DNA from: Antedon mediterranea | Taxonomy: Eukaryota > Animalia > Echinodermata | Reading direction: 5' to 3' | Assembly: GCF_964355755.1 (NCBI RefSeq) | Contig: NC_092675.1 | Span: 29,608,912-29,672,911 of the forward strand | DNA: 64,000 nt | Part shown: piece after piece, positions 14,770 through 29,105 of the stretch | Layout of the letters: every line of letters begins with the position of its first letter | Position numbering within the stretch: the first letter of the stretch is position 1 | Notes under the pieces: generated by a model | Seen by the model: only the letters and a program-made list of their open reading frames with translations | The model's database searches: none | What the model was told of the DNA's origin: nothing | Program-made: the position numbers and the translations under genes

Positions 14770-17700
14770 TCATATATCAGTCTCCATATATTGCCGTTCT
14801 GGAATCGTTGAGTCCTCTTCCGAATCATATTCCTCAATCGAAATCAGTTTAGGTTTATGCGGTATCTCATCCAAATCATCGTCCCTGACAACAAAGAACC
14901 CACCGCCATTTTCACCCCTCGAGAACACGCTTCGGTTGTAAAATGGATCATCGCCATCTTGATAAATGTCAGAGTTTCTAGTTTCATCTTCATCATCTTC
15001 AAAATCCTCATCGTCTTGAGATGAGTGGTCCAGACATTTTGGGCCGGTTAATGAGATCATGATAGCACCAATTGGAGCAGTGATTAAGATAACCAAAACA
15101 GCTAATGTAAGAATCTGACCAAAATATACAAAAGATTATAAGATTACAAATAAGACATAAAATGCAGAATTATTTGTATCTGAATTACAGACAGACAGTC
15201 AGAAGAAGAATTCTGTAATAAAGCTATGGATGCAACAATACATCAGGTATGTCATTAGTTTAGTAACTGATTATTTCATATTTTTTCTTCTTTATTGTAA
15301 CATTAAGAATGACTAAAGCTCTGTCTACACTATCAAACTAGTTCGACAAAAAAACTGTGATGTACCCAAATATGGTAGTGATATACCCAAATATGATAGT
15401 GATATGACATCATATATGGGCACATCATGTTTTTCTTTTCACATACAGTTTGAAAATGTAAACAGAGCTTAACATTAAGAGTGACTAAACATATCAGCCA
15501 ACCATTGGTCAATTAAAACATTGTCAACTTTTCTATGACACTTAAAAAAAAAAAATGAGAGTCAAGCTCTATCAGATTCTTGAAAATGTGTTGTTCCATC
15601 ATATGGAGTTATCCTTGTTTTATTTTATTCTCAACAGCTTTACTTTGTTTGTTTACTTTATTGTTGGGTCTAAAGCAAATGCTTATATGCCCTTCTGAAT
15701 GTTCCTTCCCAAAGGATCCTAGATGGTTACAGGATAACGTGCTCTCTTCGTACAAATTACCTGTTTTGCCATTTCTTGTTCCTGCTCCGGCCGGTTTCTA
15801 TTGGTTGTTTCTATGAGAGCTGTTGATCCAATAGCAGCCTAGAATAAAAACAAAAGAGACAGAATATTATCATTACCCGTATCTTACTAACTTGCTTGTT
15901 TGTAATTGTCCATAAGTTTGGAATTGTAAACATAATTGTTTGTATTATTCTTCTTTTTAATTTACACATATTGCCAAATAAGGATAGATATATTGCCAAA
16001 TAAGGATAGATATATGTAATTGAGTAAGGCGTGTGGATGTTGAACTACTGATTGCCCTGTGCTGAGGCTGCGTCATGGGAGTATGTTTCCATTTGATCCA
16101 AAAAATGACCAGGGTAATAATGTGAAGCGTTTAGTGGCTTTGTGCGCTGATCATCGATGAAGCGCAATATAAGAATGACATTACACAAGATGCTCTACAC
16201 AAACAGGTCTAACTACTAAGTTGTTTTAGAAAACATTAATATATTTTGTTATTGAATTACAAATTTTTAGAAAACAATAACAATTATATTGAAAAGGTCT
16301 TAAAACTAATACTGTGTTGTAAACAAGAACACTGTGACCTAGACCTATTGATCTACTCCTAAGGAAATGCAGGTATGTAGAATAGGAAGTAGAATCCACC
16401 AAGGGTTTGACAGAAAAAGGATGCTTACGTTACAAACTGTTGTTTTTATTAAGTTAAGTCAATTTCTGCAGAACAAAATGTTATTACAATAGATATAGAC
16501 TTAATTCAAGTCAGATTTAGGTCCAATTTGTAAGAAAGTTTAAATTGTCACCTATTTTATTACTGTGTAACTAATGTCTTGAAATTCGTTTGACATCATA
16601 AACACAATAAATTACAATTTAAGCCCGGTATTTGATAAACTCAATTCAAGGCTTAGAATGTGGGGCTGTATCGCATATGCATATCATGCGTTTCATACCC
16701 GTTTCATTTGATTTGACTGAGGTGAACTTAACTGTAGTAAAGGCACTCCAAGTTAACGCCATATTAAATAAGAATTTTTAATTTATAATAATTTTGATTA
16801 ATTAATAGTAAATCTGAACTTTCCGTTCATAAATAATAAATAAAATAAATAAAACTGAAACAAAATACTAAAATATTGTACCTGTACTGTAGCTTTTGGT
16901 AACCAAGCGAGGGCAGTAAACATTTTTTCCTTTCTGCTCAAATTGCCACATGAAGCTGACAGATAGGTGGCAGCCATCCTCACAACAGATCCAATAAGAA
17001 TGATCGCAATCCCTAATCCTATCAAAGACAAAATAATATTCATTGCTGTTAATATCCATAGTTAGAATTTATAATGATTATTAATAATGCACAATATATT
17101 TATATGGTAATAATCAGAAACTGGAGAAAAATACAAATGAGTTAGAACCATCTTAATAAAGCTCTGTCCACACTACCAAACTAGCTTGACAAAAAAGGTA
17201 TAAAGTGCAATTAAATATGGTAGTGATATACCGTAAAACCTCGAAAAGAAGCCCATGGGCTTCTTCTTTTTTTAGTGCTCTTGGGTGGGCTTCTTTTCGA
17301 GAGTACTTTTGCAAACTGTAGAGGGGGGCTTCTTTTCGAAATGAATGCTGTACATTTTGTGAATTTCTACTACATACAATGATATGACTTTTGAGACATT
17401 TTTTCAACCATGAAATTATGTTTAATATACCAATTTAAAAACAATATAAAAAGCAAAAAAACAGTCCTATGATTCACCGTCAAATAAAACAAGAAAAGTC
17501 TAGCCAGAAATGCAATCAAGGTATGTTCATTGAATGGTGCAGATGTTGGACATGTTCCTGAATGTTTGGCTCAGATAATAGCTCCGTTGATGAAAGATAG
17601 GACAGTAGTGCAGCTTAAAGCCAAGATAACTGGAATGGAACGAACGGCCCCAGAAGAAAAAATGGGTACATGGAGGTATGGAAATTCCCTGCCGATTTTA

Positions 17701-20700
17701 CATATTTGCCAACGAAGCAGACAAGAAAAAGATACAAGATGTGATAAAGCACCATTTGGACGACAATAAACTGTAAAATAAATGTATGATAAACACGATC
17801 ATACATATTAATTATTATCATCAGTCTGCATCACAAGTATCTGGCATTAAATTATCCTACTACAGTAACTCTTAATCACGTGTTTGTATTGTTTATTTCT
17901 GTTCCTTTGACGTTCAGTTAATAAACCTACATTCTTAATACAGTATAGTAGTCTATCTCGAAAAGAAGCCCATACTATCTTGGAAAGAAGCCCAGGGGGC
18001 TTCATTTCGAGATGGGCTTCTTTTCGAGAGTACTTTTGCAAACGGTAGAGGGGGGCTTCTTTTCGAGATGGGCTTCTTTTCGAGGTTTAAGCGCATGGGC
18101 TTCTTTTCGAGGTTTTACGGTACTCAAAATATGGTAGTGATATGACACCATCATGTCCATATGGGCACATCACATTTTTTTGGTCACATAATTTTCAGGA
18201 AGGTATCTACACACACATCTTTACTTTACTCTAACCTCAAACTGGCATATAATCTGATTGGTTGTATTAGATGGCCCCTCTTTATGTTGGCTAATTGTTT
18301 GAGCTGGATAACATAGTCAAGTATCTATCGGTTATTAATTAATTTGTAATATAAGATAAATAATAATAGATCTATATTTTTGTATTGTCATCGCATAAAT
18401 GCATTTTGTTGGGGACTCCTTTGGAAACAAGCCTTTGGGGTTATCCCCTGCTTTCCATGCCTTTGTTTGTATCATTCCATGTATTTATTTTCATTCATAT
18501 TTTATGCTGTTTCATAAATTGTACTGTACATGGAAAGCAATAAATATTCCTTCTTACTATTACTCACTAAAGACATTATTTGGTGATTATTTTAATAAGT
18601 TAAAAATGAAGATTTTGCGGATGATATAAGATTGTGTTTGTTACAATGTTGATCCAAATACCATGTTTATTATTCCAAAGAAGATTGGATACTAATTACA
18701 CAATACTCACACAGTTGAATACCATCGGCTTATTGTTGTTATGAATAGTAACTATTTTGATAATATTGTTGCATTCATTGAATCATGCACTTGTCAATTG
18801 GCAATGGTATGCCACAATAATACTAATCCTACAATCAAATCTTTGAATTTACTTATGAAAGTGTGCAAGTATTCTTTTATATTGTTAAAGCGTATTGAGC
18901 TATGAAAAGACAAATAATATCAAATATTTTGAAGCAGATATTTCGAATTCTATAAAATTATAGGGTGTGCAAATGATTTTAGTTAGACTACCTTTCCTAA
19001 AATATTTCCTTGAATATTGTAATCATACGCAAACTTTTCTGAAAGACCTAAGTGTCTAATCTCTCTCTCATCTCCATAGAGCACATTTTTTGTGCCATTT
19101 ATTTTATTCCTGTTGTGAACCAGCCTGTGTGTGAGCCTGTGTTAGCTTTGTCTACACCATCTTTACACCAACTTTATTTGACAACTAAATATTGTATGAA
19201 ATTAAAAAATATGTTTGTCCTTTTTACCTTTGCCACAGTGCACTGAAATATAGTAATAAATTCATGATCTTTTTTATAACATGATGAGTGATGAAATTAC
19301 AAAATTTAACATATCAATGAATCAACTATAGAAAAAAATGACTTGTGCAATTAAGGGTTTTATGATGGTATTTGCAAACTAAGCCAGTGTTTTGGACGCA
19401 ATGACAGGTGTGTGATCCCAATAGGGATGCTTCTTAGAAATGTTAACTAGTTTAAATGTCCTAAAAAATTCATTCATCGTCTACAGTCACTTAAATGTTT
19501 TAAAGCAGTTATCGATCTATATAGGAGGTTAATATAATCTACATTATATTCAGTTGAATTAATCAATATTATCAATATTTTTAAATTTAATAAAAAAAGG
19601 GTTAATTTACAAGAAGAATTCTATTGAATATGGCTATTGATTTTTCATCTTTTCTAGTAGAATTATCATTAACAGGAGAAGTCTAAAGCTCAAAATAAAA
19701 TAAAAAACCATCAATAAAGATATCTTTTAGTTCAGAGTAAAATGACTTGGAATATTGGACTAAATCTCTGTCTATACTATCAAACTTTATGTGACAACAA
19801 AATGTGATGTGCCTATATAAGGACATGATGATGTCATATCACTACCATATTTGGCTAATAATCATATCTGGGCACACCACACTTTTTTTGTCAAACTAGT
19901 TTGATAATGTAGACAGAGCTTTAAACATACACTATCAAAGCCTCATTGGTTTAATGTGAAGATAGTGTCACCAACAACCAACTGACGAGTTGAAACTTCT
20001 GTTGAAAAGACCCTTTCTTTTCAATTCAATTTCATTATCTACCATCCCGGGCAAATATCCACATAAACAGACAATGCAATGTAAATACATAAGAGAAAAC
20101 AGATTTCCTCATATCTCCATTTACAAATCATTTCTGCATTTATAATAGAATATTAAAAACCTAATAATGATACTGATAATATCAGTGATATGAATTGTAA
20201 ACAAAACTGTAATAATAACAGTTTATTCTTATTATACTGTACATAGTGTATATAAACAAGCTGTCAACGCGCTATACATAGATAGAATGTTTGTAGCATG
20301 ATGTGCAGATATTACGCAAAAGGTATCACATAAAACTTCCAACTGAAATAAATAATACCTTTGGAGGATTAACAATATATAGCATATATATATTTAGCAA
20401 GAGCAGCAGTTGAACTACTGACCTATGCATACCAGATAAATGCAGTAATGATTACATAGAACTTGGATGTTATTTCCATGGAAGTAAAGTACTAAGTTGA
20501 GAATAAGCCGAATATTTATAGGCAGCCATTAGGGCTATAATAGTAAAAAATTTAAACAAAAAACAATTAAAAAAAAACAAAGAACACTAACAAACTAAAA
20601 AACTACAAAGGAAGATACAAATTATGAAACTTGTCATTTGATTTGCAAAACGTTTGTCTTTTGCTTATTTTTAGTTGTTTAACTTGACTATTATGAGAAT

Positions 20701-23700
20701 ATGTCTTAGTTCTTTGTTTTTCTATATTTCTTTGTTTTCCTTTGTAGTTTTTCTAGTTTGTTTGTTGATTTTTGAAAACGTTCGTTGTTTTTTGACATTT
20801 TTCTTTGTTTCAATTTTTTACTATTATGGCCCTAATGGCCGCCCATATATATTGGGGTTGGCCTGGCCAGGAATTTACAGTACAACTCAATGATACCTTG
20901 CTATGCTGACTAGTAGATGATAGTACGAACCAGCGTGTATATTCAGTACATACCAACATGCACTTAAGCTAGGGCATACCACCTTATATATCATATAAAG
21001 GTCATAGAATTGGTAGATAGAAAGAAATTATGTTAACATTTTTTAAGTATTTAACCAAACAGTGAACTTTAAAAAGATGATTGATTGATTACATTGCATA
21101 AATAGTTGTGTGTGTCACTGAGCATGTGAAACGGCTTTAAGATAACTCCCGAGAGGTAAGGCTAACACAAGATCAGCTGTCTGTGTGTAATAGGTGGATA
21201 GGTCTGTTCATGGCTGTATCAAATGTTATACCACCATGGTCTGTTAAGCATGTTTGAACCACAGACTTCCTAAGTCTACTAATGATTGCAAGAGCTTCCT
21301 GAAACTTCAAATCATCCTCCCACCTTCTTTTAAAGCCTTGTCTACACCATCAAACTTTATGTGACAAAAAAAATGTGACAATATGGACATGATGTCATAT
21401 CACTACCATATTTGGGCACATCACACTTTTTGTGCCAAACTACTAGTTTGATAGTGTAGTGTGTTTGAGTATAAGATGAAATTCTTCTGATTACTCTTGG
21501 TATTAATAAAAACATCCCAATATTAAATGTGTACATTTATTATTTAGGTTTTACTACTACTAGACCATTGCTTGTTAACTTAATCTCTGTCTACACTATC
21601 AAAATAGTTTGACAAAAAAAGTTTGATGTGCCCAAATATGGTAGTGATATGTTCAAATATGGTAGTGATATGACATCAGCATGTCCATTTATGGGCACAT
21701 TTTTTGTCTGTAAACAGAACTTAACTCTCATGTATGGACTATGCATACGTTTGTTTAATACATCTTCAACAAAATAACTTTATTATTTATACAACTTTCT
21801 TTTAGTAGTATATAAATCAAAATGCAGATATATAATTACTATTCAATAAACATAGTGTTTCCGTAAATTATGAGGTGTTGTGACAAATATGCTGAATGAA
21901 TATTATAATCAATAACAGAATACTATACCTACCTACAGTAGAAGGTTGAAGTTCACTAACGGCAACCTCCGCACCAATCAAACCAAATAAAAGAGGTTCG
22001 AAGAATAACCAAAATACAGAAACTACATTTCCAACAGGAATCTTAGAAAAAAAACCAGTAAAAATATTATGAAATGTTAGTCTTGACTTTTTGTATACCG
22101 TTAATTTTTTTCATGAAAGATATTTTGATTTGCGAAAATAAAATGATTACATACAATAAGATCTGATTAATAATTAACCATATAACAATGCGTATTCATA
22201 AAAATGTGTTCTTTGCGTTTTAAGTGATCTTGACTTTGTGTGACAAAGACGGTAAATTATCAAGTATCCTGTGTTTGTTATTGACGTTTCTACTAACATT
22301 TTATTACCCATACATTGGTAGCCTTGCTAATGGCTAGCAAAATCTAGGTAGCTTAAAAGATAGATTTATACGAATCAAAATCCAATCAACATTCATGTAA
22401 AAAAAAAAACACATTTTATTTCTTAAATGTCATTCAAATATACAACATTCACAGGACAAAATTAAAACGTATTATTATTAAATGTCACTCCAATACATAG
22501 TTGTCACATGACCAGTGAACGTTTTCATTTGAAAAGTTTGATAAATAAAAATTTGATAATTAAGACACATCCAGTAGATTTCTGTTATTGAATTTAAATT
22601 TATGGAAAGTTATTTTATAAATCCTTTTGCTATGGCCAAATTGTTATAATAACAAAATTATTTAATCTATTATTTTAATATAACATTCGTTATTCTATTC
22701 AATCTTTTATTTCAGAATCTCTGGTGATATAAAAAGATTCTTAAACTTTGTGTCTCTGACGGACAGACTGCATGGAGCACGCTTTCTGATTTTAAGTTCT
22801 TCTTTCAAGGGAGCCATAAAGATTAGAACGTTGAAGAAGTAAATATTTGTCTAATGAGGTATAATCCTTTTGTTTGATTCAAGTCCTGATGCATTTTACT
22901 AATGGATAATTGTTTCAATGAATGAGAAGCAATTCTATGTTTCAAATACTTATATTGTTTTAAGTTTAGGTTTGCATCGCGATATCAATATGTAGATATC
23001 AAGTTTGTGACACACCACGTATATATTGTTCTGAAAAAAACTTTCTCGACGTTCTGATCAATATACTTTGATCGTCATTCTTACTTGTGAGGACGATCAA
23101 AGTATGTTGATCGAAATTTTCATGACTATATATACATGGTGTACACAAACTTCTATCAAACATCTAAATTTCAAATACTTGCACAAAATTTAAAAAAAAA
23201 ACATTTCTTTTTGCCAAATTGTTTTGTTATTTTCTGCTATATTAAGTATATTCAATAAAATAATGGATTAGAACTAGTATTAGAAGTAAAAAAGTCTTCC
23301 ACCTTTTTTAAAACATTTTTAATATTTCATAGTTTTTGGCATTATTTTTAAAAAAAAAACCTTTGCGAACTAGAATCTAAGTTTAACCACAGTTACATTA
23401 TTCATTTAGCGACTACAAACTTTACCTTTTCTTTCTTCCAACCGAGGCCAGCTACAAACGGAAGTATTAGGCAAGCAAGAGCTCCAGCACCGGAAAATCC
23501 CGCCGATTTAAGACCAAGAAGAGCAAGTACGCTGGATGACATGATCAAAACACTCCTTAATCCTACAACAGCTGACTATAACAAAATAAAGCAATATTAT
23601 ATAAAGACTAAATAAATATTGTGGCAGAGATAAGATCACTGTGTTTGTCAAGAAGCTTTTGACAACATGCTCCAGTTATCTACAGCAAACAGCAGCTAGC

Positions 23701-26700
23701 ATTCTTTACAGTACTGTGTTCTACAAACTAATATATAGCGATAACATTTACACACCCAAAGGAATATTAATATGTCTGAAAAAAAGAGTATTAATACACA
23801 AGATGAGAGGTGGGTTAACTAGGTCTCATATTAACTTAGTCCCATGTTAATTCAGCCCTGTACCAACTCAGTCCCATGTAACTCGGTCACATGTTATTTT
23901 AGCCCTGTATCAACTCGGTCCCATGTTAACTCAGTCCCATATCAACTTGGTACCATGTCAATGCAGTTCCATTTAAACTCAGTCCCATATCAACTCGGTC
24001 TCATATCAACACAATCCCATGTTAACTCAGTTCCATGTCAAATCAGACCTGCAGTGTTCCAACAAATCAAAATTGCTTAGATGTGTCACATTAGGCGCTT
24101 TATAAATCCTGGATATTATTAATGTTATTATTATTATTATAATGTTATTATTAATGTTATTACTTTAGAAATAGTATTTGGCATTTTTTTACTTTACTTT
24201 ACTACTATGCATTTTGTGGCTTATTTTGTTCAAATCACAGTAACTTTTTATAATAATTTGAATTATAGATTAAGTCGGTTATAGCATTAAATAGCAACAA
24301 ATATTAATATTGCTGTGTATTGGTTAATGTAGCTTGACATCTATAAAGTAAGCAAGTAATTTGTATAGTAGTCAAAAGAGGCAGAAATCTATTTCTGAGG
24401 CAGAAATCTATTTCTTACTCAGAAATAGAAATAAGGTTGACACGAAAAAACAATGTTTATTGTTCATTCAGTTCCCGACCTATATTCCATAAAGCATTCA
24501 TAACCGGTTAAAATCGCCAATACTAAATTTAAGAAATAATAAAATTTGACATTTTGACCTTCATGACATTTCAATAGTGGTTAATAAAGGCTGATGATTT
24601 GTTAGGCTCTTAACTGTAATGTACAGATGTTTAAAATAACATGAACATGTTGTTGTTGACAACATGATTGAGAAGGTGATTGGCCTGCCCTTAACCTTGC
24701 ATGACACCGCAATGTTAATGTTCACTATTTAATGTAATTTTCTTCAGTTGTAGAGTGTATTAATGGACATTCTATAGATCAACACAAATCTAGAATTCTT
24801 TACCAAATCATATAAAATCAGTACTTGGTATGACACGACTCTCGCAATTTTTTTTTCCCAACAGAATAGAAAAAAGAATAGGATAGGAAGAATCTTTCTT
24901 TTATTGTATTGTAGAGCTCAAACTTTCATAATTGCTATAAATTTGATGAACATTTCAAAAGAAGTTAAAAATATGTTGGTTGTAATTTTTTTTAAAGTAT
25001 AACTGTATGTTATATTTTAGATAAAAGACAGCAAAATGTGCCTGCTTGCTAGTTGTGTTGCTTGTATTTTGCTAGTTACATATTTTAGCAGCAACAAAAT
25101 AGAGTAGGCGTTTTTTTTAATTCACAATAACAAAATGTCATAATTATACAGTTACTATTTCTTTCAGAAAGGACTTCATGTACTGTACTGTACAGTAGGC
25201 TGTACAGAAAGTCTAAATATTTTGTGTTATTCCTTTTTTAAAATAGCAGTGTTTTAAATTTTTATTTTTTTTTCTCTGAAAATAATGAACATACAATAGA
25301 ATAGGTATTGTCGGGGTATGTTTGTATCTTTACTGCATACTACAGAGGTTGTAATACCCTCAGTGTTAGCTAAGAGACGCATCACTATCGATTTAATACA
25401 CAGATTTAGTCTTAACATGAAATTATTAATACCATTATGCGACTGAATAGGTAATCGTATATGATTGCTAGAGTAGGTATCCAACAGCACCAAGGACAAA
25501 TATATATATTTTATTAATGTTCTCATAAGTGTACATTGAGGTGTTACGATTGGGAGCAGTTTATCTAATAAAAAATTAAATGTCATGAAGTGTCAGTAAT
25601 TAAAATGGATCAGGTGTTTTAATTAACAAGTGATTTGTTACAGAGAGACTGAATCACTCTACAAAAAGAGATTAATCTAGAACAGTTTGCTGCCCACCTT
25701 TTACTTTCTCTGCTTTAGGTCTATTTGTATTATCTCATCTAAACCTCTGTCTACACTATCAAACATTATGTGACAAAAAAATGTGATGTGCCCAATGGAC
25801 ATGATGATCTCATATCACTACCATATTTGGGAATATCACACTATTTAGTTTGATAGTGTAGACAGAGCTTTACTGCTGAATGATTTCAATCACCTTCAAG
25901 CGCCTTGAGCACTTTGTGGATATGTGCGCTTTATAAATCTTATTATCTTATCTTATCTCATCCCATCTAACTTTTAAATATTAACAGTCCCTCTTTCACA
26001 CATACTGTAACTATACACACCCTGTACTATGCATATTGTTAGTATTAAGTTATTGAATTACCTGATTCTTGTTGGGCAAAAACCAAAGTATCATGCCAAC
26101 AACTAAACCGACACCACTCCCGAGAACAACTTCTAACGGGCCTCTGAGAATCGTAAACGCCATGTTTGATGACGAAAATACTGTTGCTAAAAGAACACCA
26201 AAAACACTGATAGCAAACACATTGTCTATGCTAGCTGATGCAATGATTAGGGTAGGAATGCCTTTGACTAGTCCGAACCCACGCTCTTGAAGGATTAGTA
26301 AAGACGGTACGACGACAGCTGGTGAAACGGCAGCAAGCACAAATCTGTCATAAATAAACGCATTGATTTAAAACAAATTTATTACAGTATACACACAAAA
26401 CTTTTAAAGAAATATGTATTGATTTTTAAATATGCATAAACATAATTACTGTATGTTTAAAAAAGTGAATAAACTTGACAAACTTTAAAACTAATATCTA
26501 AACTAATATAATTGAACGAGAAATCAAAACAAAGTGAAAATATGGGATTTGAGGCGAACCGACTAAGCTTAGCAATAAAATGAGAACAACAAAATTAGCT
26601 TGCAATTTCTTTATTCCTACTTCTATAAAATAAAAAGTGTTTTAAATAGTTTACTCACCCTAACATGAACGCCCACAACCATGGAAAACCCAAAAGCAGA

Positions 26701-28767
26701 ACTGCTGCTATGGCAATAGAACAAGCCTCGAACAATGTTGGCAAAAACGCTAGTCTCAGACAAGCGTACTTCAGGCGTTGTAAAGCTTTCGCATCTACTC
26801 CAAGACCAGCTCGAACAAGAATAACTGCTAAGGCTATGTTACGCAATACTTCAGACCATGCAGGTGTGATATCGTTTGCAACATCTATATACGGTACATT
26901 TGCTAACAATAGACCCACAATCAGCATACCTGCAATCACAGAGAAATATTCATTTTTATAAAAAAAAAGGATTTTAATAAATCTAAAAAATTGATTGGCT
27001 ATTATCAGTTTGTCAATCTTGTATAGTGCTTTAAATGCTTAAAGCGTTAAAGCGCTTCTCATTATTACCCCAGCCATTGGATAACACATACCGTATGGAT
27101 AGCTCGCACAATTAGATCAAGACACAACTTCACGCTGATTACTAGCTGCATTATGGGAGTATGTTTCCATACGTGTTTGATCCACTGGGATAATAATGAT
27201 TGGGTAATAATGTTCAGCGCTTAGAGGTTTCACAACATTAGCCGCTATATAAATCCAGGATATTATTATTATTATTATTAATTATACAGCCTTAGTAGTA
27301 ATCAGCGTATTATATTGTTTCACTCTACAAACAGATATCCATTTACACTTGGGTGGAGAGAAGCATAAAGACAACGTAAAGATGTAAAAAACAAAAACAT
27401 GAAAAATAAAGATTGATTAAATCAGACTTTGAATAGGTTATTTTGTAGTTTTATTAAGTGAATCATTTCCGTAGGAAAAAAAACGGAAAAAATAATGTTT
27501 TCACTTATAAAATAACATGATAAATGGTTAAATTCAACCAAAAATCCACTGGCTGCCAGCCAATTTGACCATTTTTTGCTAATAAATTCCAATTTTTTTC
27601 AGGTAAATACATTTTCTTTCAATCCAATTTTTGGTCGAAGTCAATAAATGTGAAAATAAAATAGCATATTAAAAAAAATTATTATTCAGGGCGACAATAC
27701 ATCTTTAAGTAAAGTGTATTGCCTATTAGGACACAAATAAGCAATGCGACAAACGAAGTCCAATGCCTATTTTAAAACTATGTCACATGCCCTTGCACAT
27801 TTTTAAACTAGTTACTCTGTTGTAACAGCTATAACATACATAAATAAAAAAACTAACATACAATGGAAAGGCAGAAGCAACAGAAAACAGCAGCTGTCAA
27901 TAAATTCAATAAGTAGGTTATAAAACGTCATCTGGCAAAAAAAGTTGCTTAAAATGTTGTATATTAACCTTAATATTATTACAATGTTTGTTAGTGGAGA
28001 CTTCTTTAAAATATCATTTATTAAAAATTCTTAACAATACATAATACAAAATAGTGCTCAGTTTAGAAATCTTATATCAATTGTTGTTGTAATTATATTA
28101 AAGCTTGGTTGGTTCCCACTAGAGACGCAACATAATGCACAGACGCAACTTAAGAAAATGCCCTTCCCATAATTGTGTTTTCCCCCGCCTGCATTAAATC
28201 AAACCAGCTATTGTAAACCAGCATTGTTGCGTCGTCGGTTCCCACTTGCGATTATGCAAGCACTTTGCGTCAATACGTTGCTGCGTCCAAGTGAGAACCA
28301 CGCTTAAGTACGTAAGCATCAATGCATCATGACTTACCTAAAAGTGGAGGCATTTTGATAAATGAAATGAGAATTCCACCAATTTTACAACAAACAAGAA
28401 GAACATAGAGTGAAAATAAGTTGCCACCTGGAAGTGCATCCTCTCCTGTTATTGACCAAACAGCGGCCCAAATGACACCAAGAACAAACACATAAGTTAA
28501 TGTCTTAGCCAAGGTTCCGTGTGGTGGACACATAAGGGCGTATTTACAGCGATCTGTTCGTGATGGTTCTTCAGGTAGTGGATTGAGTCGCGTAATCCAC
28601 GGACTGAACGCGATGATGCAGGAGTCCGAGAACCTTGTGCAACACGTATCCGCAGCCGACGCCATGTGACCACCTAAATTCTCGTCGGTTTTATATTTTT
28701 TTAACTTTCCATTTTTGTCAGATAGTATTTGTGTATCTGAGAAAGATACTTTCTTGTGTTCATTCAT
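14770..28767 (-). CDS. SLC9B2: SLC9B/NHA-family (CPA2) cation/H+ antiporter, NHA2-like; 8 coding exons, ~600 aa
   Basis: Exons (-): 28767-28338, 26929-26659, 26344-26062, 23575-23426, 22041-21933, 17018-16882, 15838-15761, 15114-14770. All introns GT-AG, phases consistent, total 1803 nt. Family motifs PPLLGML, LRNIALAVILVRAGL, AAVSPAVVVP, GIPTLIIASASIDN, FEPLLFGLIGAEV, LAWLPKATVQAAIG, ILITAPIG. Acidic C-terminal tail. A splice acceptor at 28790-28791 implies an upstream non-coding exon. Confidence 0.93.
15317..15469. mobile_element. MITE family 1 copy
   Basis: AGCTCTGTCTACAC...GTAAACAGAGCT with TAA on both sides. Confidence 0.8.
17160..18190. mobile_element. MITE family 1 copy split by the 17231-18120 insertion
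   Basis: Left half 17160-17230 ends at GGTAGTGATATA; right half resumes at 18121 (TACTCAAAATATGGTAGTGATATGAC...). Confidence 0.75.
17231..18120 (+). mobile_element. Non-autonomous DNA transposon (TA TSD, Tc1/mariner-pogo-like) with a HIRAN-like coding remnant, nested in a MITE
   Basis: TIR CCGTAAAACCTCGAAAAGAAGCCCATG ... CATGGGCTTCTTTTCGAGGTTTTACGG, TA on both flanks, subterminal GGGCTTCTTTTCGA repeats, internal frameshifted peptide NAIKV...VGHVP...GGMEIPC. Confidence 0.85.
19764..19920. mobile_element. MITE family 1 copy
   Basis: CTCTGTCTATACTATCAAAC...GTAGACAGAGCT. Confidence 0.8.
21334..21721. mobile_element. Two MITE family 1 copies in opposite orientation (~21334-21460 and ~21583-21721)
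   Basis: Same TIR and CCATATTTGGGCACATCAC core in both orientations. Confidence 0.75.
23815..24040. repeat. Degenerate ~18-bp tandem repeat
   Basis: Recurring AACTC(A/G)GTCCCAT(G/A)T units. Confidence 0.75.
25743..25869. mobile_element. MITE family 1 copy
   Basis: CTCTGTCTACACTATCAAAC...GATAGTGTAGACAGAGCT. Confidence 0.8.
28102..28305. mobile_element. MITE related to family 2, directly beside the SLC9B exon-1 donor
   Basis: GGTTCCCACTAGAGACGCAAC ... GCGTCCAAGTGAGAACCACGCT termini. Confidence 0.65.
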
Positions 28768-28982
28768 TGTTATTGATTTATTCCGGATTCTGAAAAACAA
28801 AATAAGAGCAATTTTATTTTGAATAATATATTATAATTTATATCATAAAATAATTATTTAATTAATTAATAAATTAATCTGGAACGTTTACAAATGATAA
28901 TTAAATTTTTTGTAAACACAAATAATATAACATAACTTTAAACCTAAAAACAATTCAAAATATTGTAACATTTCAAATCTAA

Positions 28983-29105
28983 AGCTCTGTCCACACTATC
29001 AAACTTGAAACAAAAAAGTGTGATGTGCCCTAATATGGTAGTGATATGACATCATCATGTCCATATGGGCACATCACATTAAACGTTGATAGTGAAGACA
29101 GAGCT
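28983..29105. mobile_element. MITE family 1 copy
   Basis: TAA-AGCTCTGTCCACAC...GACAGAGCT-TAA. Confidence 0.8.

Noticed and set aside
26069-26961. Plus-strand ORFs 26069-26290 and 26665-26961
   Set aside because: Antisense shadows of SLC9B exons.
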